Source: Haloquadratum walsbyi C23 (lineage in GTDB: Archaea; Halobacteriota; Halobacteria; Halobacteriales; Haloferacaceae). Taken from it: a stretch of DNA of 32,000 nucleotides. This document shows positions 9,688 through 18,098 of this stretch, in pieces. The stretch spans positions 2,010,001-2,042,000 of the forward strand of contig NC_017459.1 of NCBI RefSeq assembly GCF_000237865.1, given 5' to 3'. Each line of letters begins with the position of its first letter. Position 1 is the stretch's first letter. Under the pieces are notes generated by a model. That model ran no database searches. It worked only from the letters and a program-made list of their open reading frames with translations, and was not told the origin of the DNA. The translations under genes were made by a program, and so were the position numbers.

Positions 9688-11179
9688 GTCTCAGTGATGC
9701 CGTCGCTGACATATAGTGCCAGATGAAGCGGGTGAATCAGGAAGCTGATTCATCCGCTGCCCGGATGTGGGTGACGTGAACCTACCAAAGCTCAAACGAA
9801 TCCTCACCGATCCGGACGAGTTCATTTCGAACAGCCAGCTGAAATCTCTTAGCATGGAGTTGCTTGAGTTGATACCCATGGAAGGAATCGAGGGCTCCGG
9901 CCTCGATTCCGACCAGATCATGGAAGTCGTTTTACGAGCTGCTGTTGACCAGACATCGGTCAACGGTGTCACAACCAGCACTGAGGACACACCAAACCGG
10001 GAGACAGTGATGGATTGGCTCCACACGCTGGAAAAAGAGACAATGCTTGATGCTGTCAACGACATTCTCGCGCTGGTAGCTATGACGGTTCTCGACCGCG
10101 ACGGGTCGAGAACCATCTGCATCGACTTCATGAACAACCCATTCCACGGTTGTCCAGACGATGAAGACGAATTCCGGCGGATGAGTGCCCGCGACGGCAC
10201 TACAAAGTGTCACCGCTACTGTACAGCGTTTGTTCTTGCACAGGGGAAGCCGCTGACGCTGGCGGTTGAACCGGTTGATGGCAAAGATAGCAAGGCCGAC
10301 GCGGTCGAGCGCGTGCTCGCCCGCGTTGAGACTTATCCGTTCGAGATCGATCAGATTCTCATGGACAGAGACGCCTTCTGTGGCGAGTTAATCGGCGTTC
10401 TCCGTGAGGCAGCACCGCCGGTCTTTCCGGTGAGAACCGGGAAAGAAACCCTCGAAGAGAAGCTCACAACGGGTTCCTCGTACATGACTGAGGAGATAAT
10501 CTGCGAAGGGAAAGAGCACGAACAAACGTATCCACTGGCGGTCAACGTCACGTATCAAAACGGAGATCGCGGGAAGTCAGGGCTCAAACAGACAGGATAC
10601 GCGGCGTACGGTCTGGAAGACCGAACGCCGCGGCAAGTGGCGCAGGTCTACAACCACCGGGCACAGATTGAGAAGAGCTACGAGACATTCCGGAAAGCGC
10701 GTGCTCTGACAACAACACCATCGACGACGATTCGGCTGTTCTACGTGGGCGCTGGGTTCCTGCTGGAGCAGTTGTGGGTTGTGTTGCAGTGGGCAGTGCT
10801 CGCCCGACCACGGCGTGGCGGGCGAGCACTTCCGACCGATTTCACGTTCAACAACGCGTTTCTCCATGGGGTCGAAGAGGTGCTGGACGATGAGCTCGGC
10901 TGGAAAGATGAACACCAGACGAACGGCCAGGGACTACCAGCAGGGCACGAACACGGACTCGGGTAAGCCGCCTCGCTTCGGGCGAAGCGAGGCTGGCGAC
11001 CAGCGACAGCTGTATCTGAATTGCGGCTTCAACACAGAGCTCAGTAGAGACAAGTAGTAAACTCGATATCTGTTTAGGTCACTGAGACAGCTGTTGGCGT
11101 CTTTGTCTTGTTTCGACGTCTTCCGGACGTGAAGTCTTACTTTCGCGGCTGCGGTTATCGGTAGAGTGGACAACTAGCG
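9671..11179 (+). mobile_element. ISH3-family insertion sequence, apparently intact (1509 bp)
   Basis: Perfect terminal inverted repeats CGCTAGTTGTCCACTCT (9671-9687 and 11163-11179, extendable by AT). Identical 5-bp direct repeats ATAAT flank it at 9666-9670 and 11180-11184. One uninterrupted transposase ORF. Visibly GC-richer than its surroundings. Confidence 0.88.
9767..10966 (+). CDS. ISH3-family (IS4-related) DDE transposase
   Basis: 399-aa ORF with a GTG start as listed; the true start is uncertain. The C-terminal region has the YREK-like signature (YNHRAQIEKSYETFRK). The segment TTTPSTTIRLFYVGAGFLLEQLWV...ARPRRGGRALP resembles ISH3-group transposases as I recall them. Confidence 0.85.
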   Translation: MGDVNLPKLKRILTDPDEFISNSQLKSLSMELLELIPMEGIEGSGLDSDQIMEVVLRAAVDQTSVNGVTTSTEDTPNRETVMDWLHTLEKETMLDAVNDILALVAMTVLDRDGSRTICIDFMNNPFHGCPDDEDEFRRMSARDGTTKCHRYCTAFVLAQGKPLTLAVEPVDGKDSKADAVERVLARVETYPFEIDQILMDRDAFCGELIGVLREAAPPVFPVRTGKETLEEKLTTGSSYMTEEIICEGKEHEQTYPLAVNVTYQNGDRGKSGLKQTGYAAYGLEDRTPRQVAQVYNHRAQIEKSYETFRKARALTTTPSTTIRLFYVGAGFLLEQLWVVLQWAVLARPRRGGRALPTDFTFNNAFLHGVEEVLDDELGWKDEHQTNGQGLPAGHEHGLG

Positions 11180-11181
11180 AT
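11163..11181 (-). repeat. IS right terminal inverted repeat
   Basis: AGAGTGGACAACTAGCGAT, the reverse complement of 9669-9687. Confidence 0.9.
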
Positions 11182-11296
11182 AATGAGCTCTATGAATGAG
11201 TAGTAAGTATCTATGAAGTGATATTATCCGATCAATGTTAATTGGTATATTTATTGTTAGATACTTGCCCGAAACACTTTCGTATAACTTCAGGTA

Positions 11297-11851
11297 ATGA
11301 CACACATGGAACTCCCGACAAGAGAAGACCTCAAACAACGCCGAGATGAACTTGAGTTAACACAGAGCTCACTCGCCAAGATGGCAGGTGTTTCACAGCC
11401 TCTGATTGCTCGGATTGAGGGCGGTGATGTCGACCCGCGATTATCGACACTGAGACGGATTGTTAATGCACTTGATGAAGCTGAGGGAGAAGTTATTCGT
11501 GCAGATGATCTGATGAATACGAATGTAATTAGTGTTGCACCAGACGAGTCAGTCGAGATGGCACGCGATACAATGCTTGAGGAGGGATTCTCACAAGTAC
11601 CCGTTATTCGTGATGGTCGACCAGTAGGAATGATCTCGAATAGCGATATTCGGCATGCTCCAGGGCAGGCTGATAGAGTTGGAACACTTCCAGTTGCTGA
11701 GGTAATGCGTGAATCAGTGACGACCGTGGAACCAACAGCAATGCTGGAAGAGATTGATTCTGCGCTCGACCGTGACGCAGCAGTGCTTGTTGTCAAAGGC
11801 GGTGAGACAGTCGGTATTATCACTGACGCGGATGTCGCCGCTCGAGTCTAA
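11297..11851 (+). CDS. HTH (XRE-type) plus CBS-pair domain regulator
   Basis: 184-aa ORF with an N-terminal HTH_3-like segment (LTQSSLAKMAGVSQPLIARIEGG) followed by two CBS repeats (VISVAPDESV...FSQVPVI; VTTVEP...AAVLVVKGGETVGIIT). Confidence 0.85.
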   Translation: MTHMELPTREDLKQRRDELELTQSSLAKMAGVSQPLIARIEGGDVDPRLSTLRRIVNALDEAEGEVIRADDLMNTNVISVAPDESVEMARDTMLEEGFSQVPVIRDGRPVGMISNSDIRHAPGQADRVGTLPVAEVMRESVTTVEPTAMLEEIDSALDRDAAVLVVKGGETVGIITDADVAARV

Positions 11852-11891
11852 TTCTGTCTGTGGTGAGCGGTTCTCGTGACGGTCATGTGCA

Positions 11892-11930
11892 GTTCAGCAG
11901 CGTTCAGTTATCACCGACATGTCGAAATGC
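11892..11930 (+). repeat. possible degenerate fragment of the 7377/13155 repeat family
   Basis: GTTCAGCAGCGTTCAGTTATCACCGACATGTCGAAATG resembles GTTCAGCGGTTCCTATCACCGACAC plus TGTCGAATG of copy 1. Contains the 10-bp palindrome CGACATGTCG. Weak manual match. Confidence 0.25.
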
Positions 11931-12009
11931 ACAGCGGGAGTGTGTCCATTATTTTGAATATCCAATATCTCTCTGCATTAGAAGGATAGTAAGTGAAATT
12001 TCTGCGTAA

Positions 12010-13038
12010 TCATAGTTCAAGCCCACGAATACTGACACCCTCACCAGTGTCAACCTGCCCAATTATCTTCCCTTCTGTTGCTTCTGCCAGCATCTCAGCG
12101 TTCTCGGGAGACATAGCGCACACGAATCCAGTACCCATATTAAATGTTTGATACATTTCACTATCAGAGACATTGCCAGCCGACTGAACAAACTCAAAAA
12201 TAGGTGGTGTCTCAAACGGATCGTCAATCACGTAACGATGTGACCCCAATCGTTCAAGATTTCTCAACCCACCACCGGTGATGTGTGCAGCAGTACGCAC
12301 ATCATGAGCATGCATTGGGTCTAACAGATCTGTGTAAATCCGTGTTGGTTCAAGAAGTGCTGCACCCAGTGTCTCATACTCGTCGAATGGACAGGGAGCC
12401 GTATATTCGTATTCACGGGTGATGGCTGTTCGAGCGAGTGTAAGTCCATTTGAGTGGATTCCTGATGACGCAAACCCAACCAGTGCATCGCCAGGATTGG
12501 CTGTCTCGGTGAACACACCGTCTTTCGGTGTCAGCCCGGCACATGTGCCTGCAAGGTCAAATCCATCAACCACTTCTGGTAAGACAGCTGTTTCACCACC
12601 AATGAGCGTAATATCCGCAATGTCAGCGCCTGTATCGAGTCCAACGCCAATTTGCTCTGTAAGGTTTTCATCAGGATCGTCAATAGCGAGATAATCAACG
12701 AATGCAACCGGTCGAACGCCGGCAGCAACAAGATCATTGACATTCATCGCGATGCAATCAATTCCGATTGTTGAATATTCACTCATCGCTGCTGCAACGA
12801 GCAATTTCGTCCCAACACCATCAGTCGCGAGTGCGAGATATCGATCACCAATGTCGATCAGCCCGGCATAATCACCAGCGGACTCACCAACAGCATCAAT
12901 GAGTGCTGCGGTCGCTGCTTCGCTTGCCTCGATATCAACACCTGCGGCAGCGTAGGTGAGTTCATCAGAGTCTTCCTCGGATGCATTTGTCTTGATATCT
13001 GTATTACGTTCCGCTGTATCGTCAGGTGGATTGCTCAT
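12010..13038 (-). CDS. purM: phosphoribosylformylglycinamidine cyclo-ligase (AIR synthetase)
   Basis: PurM motifs are present (YAAAGVDIEA, LATDGVGTKL, IGIDCIAMNVNDL, GGETA, ITGGG, FNMGTG). The listed ORF starts at TTG 13065; the ATG at 13038 (MSNPPDD) is preferred. Confidence 0.92.
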   Translation of the reverse strand: MSNPPDDTAERNTDIKTNASEEDSDELTYAAAGVDIEASEAATAALIDAVGESAGDYAGLIDIGDRYLALATDGVGTKLLVAAAMSEYSTIGIDCIAMNVNDLVAAGVRPVAFVDYLAIDDPDENLTEQIGVGLDTGADIADITLIGGETAVLPEVVDGFDLAGTCAGLTPKDGVFTETANPGDALVGFASSGIHSNGLTLARTAITREYEYTAPCPFDEYETLGAALLEPTRIYTDLLDPMHAHDVRTAAHITGGGLRNLERLGSHRYVIDDPFETPPIFEFVQSAGNVSDSEMYQTFNMGTGFVCAMSPENAEMLAEATEGKIIGQVDTGEGVSIRGLEL

Positions 13039-13154
13039 ATGCACATTCCCGCGGTGATAAGACAAAAGTGTAGTCAGTCTTGACGCATTCTATATTGTGA
13101 TTGATTTGTATGACCTGTGATTGCGCCTCGCCAGCGCTGTCATGAGTGATTAAT

Positions 13155-13287
13155 TGATAGTGATTAGTGCAAGTCTTTATCGCCGTGATTATTCATATCG
13201 GTGATGGGAGCCGCTGAACCCGCGTCATTCGACATCGCCGGTGGAACTATTCGAACTAACCAGTATGAGATAATCAACTAGAGGATC
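13155..13287 (-). repeat. interspersed ~130-bp repeat, copy 2 (inverted relative to copy 1)
   Basis: Its reverse complement aligns to 7377-7508 at about 90% over the 101-nt core. Lies in the purM upstream spacer. Confidence 0.85.
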
Positions 13288-13500
13288 AGATTATGCTAAC
13301 GAAGGTATCATTGGGTCAGTTTGGACTCTATCGATATGATAAGAAAGTATGAAAACAATTAATAAAACGTCTTCTGTGCTCTCGTCCCATCATAAAATAT
13401 TGATAAAACGTTTCATCGTCGATCTAAATCGTTACAAAATGAGTAAACGCTCGTTACGTTATATGTAGCTTCCCGACATATGTACATATAGAAATTACCC

Positions 13501-13749
13501 ATGTCGAATGTCCCCTACACAAATGACCAACCCTCTAATAATCGGACCACGATTCAAGCAGCATGTAGACATGGCGTGCGCCACACAAAGGTCGCCATGT
13601 TTTGGAGTGCAATCATATTGCCAGTTGGATATCTCCCATTATTGATTGGGGGATTACACAATTTCGAGACAATCATATTTGTTACACTTGTTGCATTCAA
13701 TATCATTGCGTTATATATTGGTCACGATCATCAACCATCTGATTCTTGA
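13501..13749 (+). CDS. small two-helix membrane protein, hypothetical
   Basis: 82-aa ORF with two hydrophobic segments (FWSAIILPVGYLPLLIGGL; IIFVTLVAFNIIALYIG). No family recognised. Confidence 0.4.
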   Translation: MSNVPYTNDQPSNNRTTIQAACRHGVRHTKVAMFWSAIILPVGYLPLLIGGLHNFETIIFVTLVAFNIIALYIGHDHQPSDS

Positions 13750-13898
13750 AGTTGTTTTGTGTCGGTGTAACGCAGATAGAACCGGATATATGTCGTCTGA
13801 TATTAGTGTATCAAGACATAATTGAGATAGATTATACGATTTGATAATGATCAAGAGTCGATGGAGCCCGGACAGTTATCCAAGCAAGTAAGGGTAGT

Positions 13899-14573
13899 TC
13901 AGAAGCCAAACCCGATGATAAATGCACCAATCGTCAATAAAAGTGCAGGAATAAATACAACTGCGAAGATAACCGGATTCCACTGATAGACGGTTCGACC
14001 GTCAAGCGCACCGAACGGAAGCATGTTGAACGCCACGAGTAGGAGATTTATCATCAGCCCACGTGATCCGATGAGAATTATGAGTGATGAATCAAGCGTC
14101 AGACCTGCCAGATAGATCGGGACGAAAATCACGGTGAGAATAGCATTTGTCACCGGTCCGGCAAGTGCAATTAATCCATGTTGTCGTGATGTAACACGCC
14201 CCTGATGATGGACAGCCCCTGGTGCTGCAAATATAAAGCCTGCAAGTGAACTCACAATTGCCAGAAACAACATCCCATAGTCAGCACGAAACTCTGCTAA
14301 CTGCCCAAATCGAACCGCAATAACCTTGTGTGCAATCTCATGAAGTAAAAACCCGAGTCCAGCGGTCAATAGACTGACGAGAATCGGGATAACGACACCG
14401 CGGTTAAGGATTCCTGAAAGGGCGCGTGCACCACCACCAGCGAAGAAAATCGCAAACGCGACGCTCAATGCAATAAGTGCAATACCAAGGTCGCGCAGTT
14501 CCCGGCGGCTAAACGAGACTTCTGGCGATGAACGAGAATGTGCCATACGGTATAATCCGATATCAAGAGGCAT
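13899..14573 (-). CDS. site-2 protease family (M50) zinc metalloprotease
   Basis: HExxH in a membrane helix (LLHEIAHKVIA) and the M50 NxxPxxxLDG motif (FNMLPFGALDG), with multiple TM segments. The listed ORF starts at 14615. I prefer ATG 14573 because the TATA-like TTATATTATATA lies about 30 nt upstream inside the longer ORF. ATG 14546 is also possible. Confidence 0.85.
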   Translation of the reverse strand: MPLDIGLYRMAHSRSSPEVSFSRRELRDLGIALIALSVAFAIFFAGGGARALSGILNRGVVIPILVSLLTAGLGFLLHEIAHKVIAVRFGQLAEFRADYGMLFLAIVSSLAGFIFAAPGAVHHQGRVTSRQHGLIALAGPVTNAILTVIFVPIYLAGLTLDSSLIILIGSRGLMINLLLVAFNMLPFGALDGRTVYQWNPVIFAVVFIPALLLTIGAFIIGFGF

Positions 14574-14767
14574 ATGATTGCTGTTGGATGTAGTTAAATG
14601 TATATAATATAACATAAGTTGATCTCACAGTAGGGGAAAGTCAATTATCGGCGATTTATTTTTTACTCAAAGCACAACATGTGTATAGGCGTTCTTACAC
14701 TCATGAGTATAGTTTTATCCGAACAGTGGTCAGGGTGACGACCACCGGTAGATAAACAGTCGAATAA

Positions 14768-16432
14768 TTATGTGATATTCGTCCAGATAATCTGCCAACC
14801 ATTGCGTGCCCCTTCGATTAAGAGAGTAACCACACCAGAGACTCCGCCAAGATCAAGCGCAAATAACGGGAGTAGATATGCAACAAATATCGTCGAGGCA
14901 ACGATGCTTCCAATGTTCGTTGCTGCAACGACAATAATCAGGCGAAATAGGGGTACCTCAAGGAGTTCAGTGATAAGAGCACCAATTGGACGTTCCTCAT
15001 CGGAGAGAAGTTCATTTAGAGTGCTAATGTCAGAGACATTGACCGGGTCATGTTGAAGTTCAACATAGCCAGTGAACCACCCAGGTGCAAGAAATGGGTT
15101 AATTGAAGTTAGCCATGCAATAGCACCACCGACAAGTGATGATGACCAGTGTGCACCCGCCGCTTTTGCAAGTCCAGCAGCAAAGATACCATTAATCAAA
15201 AACCAAGCAGCAAATAATCGTAAGAGTGTCTGGTTCCCGGCAGATGAAAGCGCAAGAAGGACGAAAAATCCAATTACAATAGCGGAGACACTCCCACCAA
15301 CAAGTTTGCTCCACGGGATGCGTCCGCTCTGGGTTCCGGTCAGTGATTCCTGTGGAGGAAGTGTTCCTGGATGTGTGAGATACCGCTCAATTCCCTCGCG
15401 ATGACCAGCACCAACAACGGCAACAACAGTCTGACCCTGATCGCGAAGTTCAACGAGCCGATTCGCAATATACGCGTCCCGTTCGTCAATGAGAGCTTCT
15501 GCACCACCGGGCGAGAACTGTCGAAACTCAGCCATCATTGCACTCACCACATCAGTGTCTGTCATTTCTGCCATATCGAACTCCTCGATATTCTCTTCGG
15601 GCTGCTGTGTTCGAAAGATGTCAGTAAGTTCTCCAAGCAGAGTGCCAGCGATAATCCCTGCAGTAAGTCCGAGTGTAACACTTCCTATGACTCGAACAGT
15701 AAGTGGACCTAACTGTGTGGTGATTGGTTCAGCAATCCCAAGTCCAAAGCCAGCAATCCCACCAACAGCAATTCCACCACCAACAGCGGCAAGCAGTCGA
15801 TCCTCAGCAGAGAGAATAGTCGCAGCACCAATCCAGATCACGGAGCCGGTTGCGAGCGCGAGTAATGCACCGCCAGCGACACGAGTCAACAGCGCGGACG
15901 TAATTCCGATTGTGTTCCCGAAGAGTGCAATGAGCGGACCAAAGAACAGACCTGCAATAACACCTATTGCAAGTCCAATGCCAAGCCCATTACCAGCACC
16001 GACAGCGAGCCCTCCAATAAGTTGGATTTTTTCAATCCGGGTCATCCGATTCCAAAAGCGTCGCATTGTTTCGTTGATATCACGGTCAACAAGTGCAATA
16101 TCCGTCCCAGTTGCGTCTGCTGCATCGATGGCTGCAAGCATATCAGCACCAGGCTGGACATCAAACCGATCACCAAGCCGAGTTTGGACGTACGATAACA
16201 TCCAATACGCAAGAAACTGAAAAACAGTATTGCCGCGGAGAAGATCAGCGGCTGCGAGATCATCCGGCTCATCGCCGCGCAACTGTCGATATCGTCCCTC
16301 ATCAAGTTCGACAGCAACGACGTCCGGTTGCTCGGTCTCGATGACTGATTGTACTTTTTCAGCACTCTCAGCCGAAACATGTGCGGTCCCGACAACGCGG
16401 ACGCGACCAGTGTCGGTCGCTTCCTGACTCAT
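14768..16432 (-). CDS. TraB/PrgY-family protein with internal and C-terminal membrane segments
   Basis: TraB-family N-terminus (VRVVGTAHVSAESAEKV...PDVVAVELD), a later ERD.Y.A..L motif (IDERDAYIANRL) and GAGH. A Gly/Ala/Ile-rich hydrophobic block of about 130 aa is inserted between the two halves. Confidence 0.8.
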   Translation of the reverse strand: MSQEATDTGRVRVVGTAHVSAESAEKVQSVIETEQPDVVAVELDEGRYRQLRGDEPDDLAAADLLRGNTVFQFLAYWMLSYVQTRLGDRFDVQPGADMLAAIDAADATGTDIALVDRDINETMRRFWNRMTRIEKIQLIGGLAVGAGNGLGIGLAIGVIAGLFFGPLIALFGNTIGITSALLTRVAGGALLALATGSVIWIGAATILSAEDRLLAAVGGGIAVGGIAGFGLGIAEPITTQLGPLTVRVIGSVTLGLTAGIIAGTLLGELTDIFRTQQPEENIEEFDMAEMTDTDVVSAMMAEFRQFSPGGAEALIDERDAYIANRLVELRDQGQTVVAVVGAGHREGIERYLTHPGTLPPQESLTGTQSGRIPWSKLVGGSVSAIVIGFFVLLALSSAGNQTLLRLFAAWFLINGIFAAGLAKAAGAHWSSSLVGGAIAWLTSINPFLAPGWFTGYVELQHDPVNVSDISTLNELLSDEERPIGALITELLEVPLFRLIIVVAATNIGSIVASTIFVAYLLPLFALDLGGVSGVVTLLIEGARNGWQIIWTNIT

Positions 16433-16723
16433 TCTATTACAGATATATATTTTACGCTGGGATTTACCCCTGTCGAAGCGACAACACGTAATGATTAATT
16501 ACACTATAGAATTGACATAGGTTGCATTGTATTCATGTCGTGATATCGCTTTGATATCGATGTGTAATTTGAGACACGTCACTCATCATAACTACGAACT
16601 GTAAACTTACCCGGGGCAGTCACTTCGACTGCTTGTACATATTGGTTATATCTCTTGTGACTCATCACTCACAACAGCAATACTATCCCGCAGTTATTCG
16701 TACTCTGAGCCGCTAACTCAAAT

Positions 16724-17260
16724 ATGAATCATTCAGCGAATGTAGCGGGTGTCGGTGTTGGCGTCGACGCTAATGGTGAGGAAATATCAGCGGTGCTTCT
16801 AGCTGCAAGGGACGAATACCTTCCAATTGCGGTAACAACCGATCAGGCACGGGCAATCAAACTTGCATTGGCTGGCGAACCGTTTGAGCGACCGTTGACA
16901 CACGATCTACTCATTCAGATGATCACTGACTTTGGCGGGGCTCTTGACGGTGTGCGGATTGATGATATCGCTGATGGGACATTTTACGCGAAGATTGATA
17001 CCGAGCGGTATGATGACGGTGAATCACGTCATCATGTGTTTGATGCACGACCCAGTGATGCAATTGCGCTTGCCGTGCGTGCGGAGTGTCAAATCGAAGT
17101 CTCTGATGATGTGTTAGACTATGCTGGAGAGCCGCCATCCCGATTTGAGACTGCGAGTGATGAAGAACAAGGTATCGTTGACCCATCGGAGTTTGATGAG
17201 TATGATGAATCCGATATCGACACAGATGTAGACACAGAGTCTGATCCTGACGGAATATAA
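16724..17260 (+). CDS. bifunctional nuclease (DUF151/BFN) family protein
   Basis: 178-aa ORF with BFN motifs (LPIAVTTDQARAI, RPLTHDLL, DARPSDAIALAVR) and an acidic D/E/T-rich tail. Confidence 0.8.
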   Translation: MNHSANVAGVGVGVDANGEEISAVLLAARDEYLPIAVTTDQARAIKLALAGEPFERPLTHDLLIQMITDFGGALDGVRIDDIADGTFYAKIDTERYDDGESRHHVFDARPSDAIALAVRAECQIEVSDDVLDYAGEPPSRFETASDEEQGIVDPSEFDEYDESDIDTDVDTESDPDGI

Positions 17261-17391
17261 TAACCGAAAAGATACGTCGCAGAGACCATCGGGTAGTCTA
17301 GACCCTACTCAATAACTGTCAGATGCTGAAGTCACATCTGTTGGTATCACGACCATATTGACCGACGACTTATTTTCCCGTATCAAGAAAT

Positions 17392-17859
17392 ATGCATATG
17401 GCATTATCCGTTGAAACACCGACGCCACCATCACTAGCAGATAACGTTGACCCGAATGAGTATGACGATGCTGAGGTAGTCGGCGATACTGATTATCGTC
17501 GTAAACAGCTTGGTGAATTGCTTCAAGATGGCGCATGGGCGGACGCCTTTGAATTGTGGGTATCTGATACATCCCTTACCGAGGACGAATGGCGGATTGT
17601 GCTTGATATAGAGTTACTTTCACAGTTTGATTTCTTCTGGGACGATTTCGCAGATAGAGTCGGCTATCACGCCCCTGGACTTCCTGAAGATTGGAAAGAA
17701 CGTGACATTCATCCTGACATTAACTCTTGGAAAACAATCTCAAGTATTAACGCTGGATTGACCGAACTTGGACAACTGACCTGTGAAGTGCTCAAAGATG
17801 AATACATCACGTGGGAGTCAGAGTATGAAGCCCCGGAGGATCTTCCAGATTTCTCCTAA
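17392..17859 (+). CDS. acidic hypothetical protein
   Basis: 155-aa ORF with composition typical of real halophile proteins (D/E-rich, Trp-containing). No motif recognised. Confidence 0.55.
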   Translation: MHMALSVETPTPPSLADNVDPNEYDDAEVVGDTDYRRKQLGELLQDGAWADAFELWVSDTSLTEDEWRIVLDIELLSQFDFFWDDFADRVGYHAPGLPEDWKERDIHPDINSWKTISSINAGLTELGQLTCEVLKDEYITWESEYEAPEDLPDFS

Positions 17860-18098
17860 CAAGGATGCGTCTCGATCTTACTCAGTAGATATCGAGTGAG
17901 GCCTCATTCGAGGATAATCTGTATTTCTGAGTATGGACCATATCCTTTCAGACTCCAATCACCAATATCAATCACGTTGGTGAGAATATATCACTCAGCC
18001 AAAATTAACGAGAGGGTTCATCAAAAAAAGCGGTCGTATGTGTTCATCCGGGCGTCGAATTACAGAGAACTGATATACGTCCGTCAGCATCATTTTGT

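Noticed and set aside
9691-10200. 169-aa minus-strand ORF, plus other minus-strand and alternative-frame ORFs at 9932-10213 and 10351-11173, inside the IS
   Set aside because: They are antisense or out of frame to the transposase ORF, and are Ser/Arg/Pro-rich with no motifs. They are typical shadow ORFs in a GC-richer segment.
7377-13287. Composite transposon bounded by the inverted 130-bp repeats
   Set aside because: The repeats encode no transposase and show no TIR or TSD. The interior carries housekeeping genes (psmB, purM). The only transposase inside belongs to a self-contained ISH3 element with its own ends.
15489-16220. 243-aa plus-strand ORF antisense to the TraB-family gene; likewise 3970-4518 antisense to the ligase and 20447-21013 antisense to ileS
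   Set aside because: These are Ser/Pro/Ala/Ile-rich shadow frames of well-supported genes on the opposite strand, with no independent motifs.
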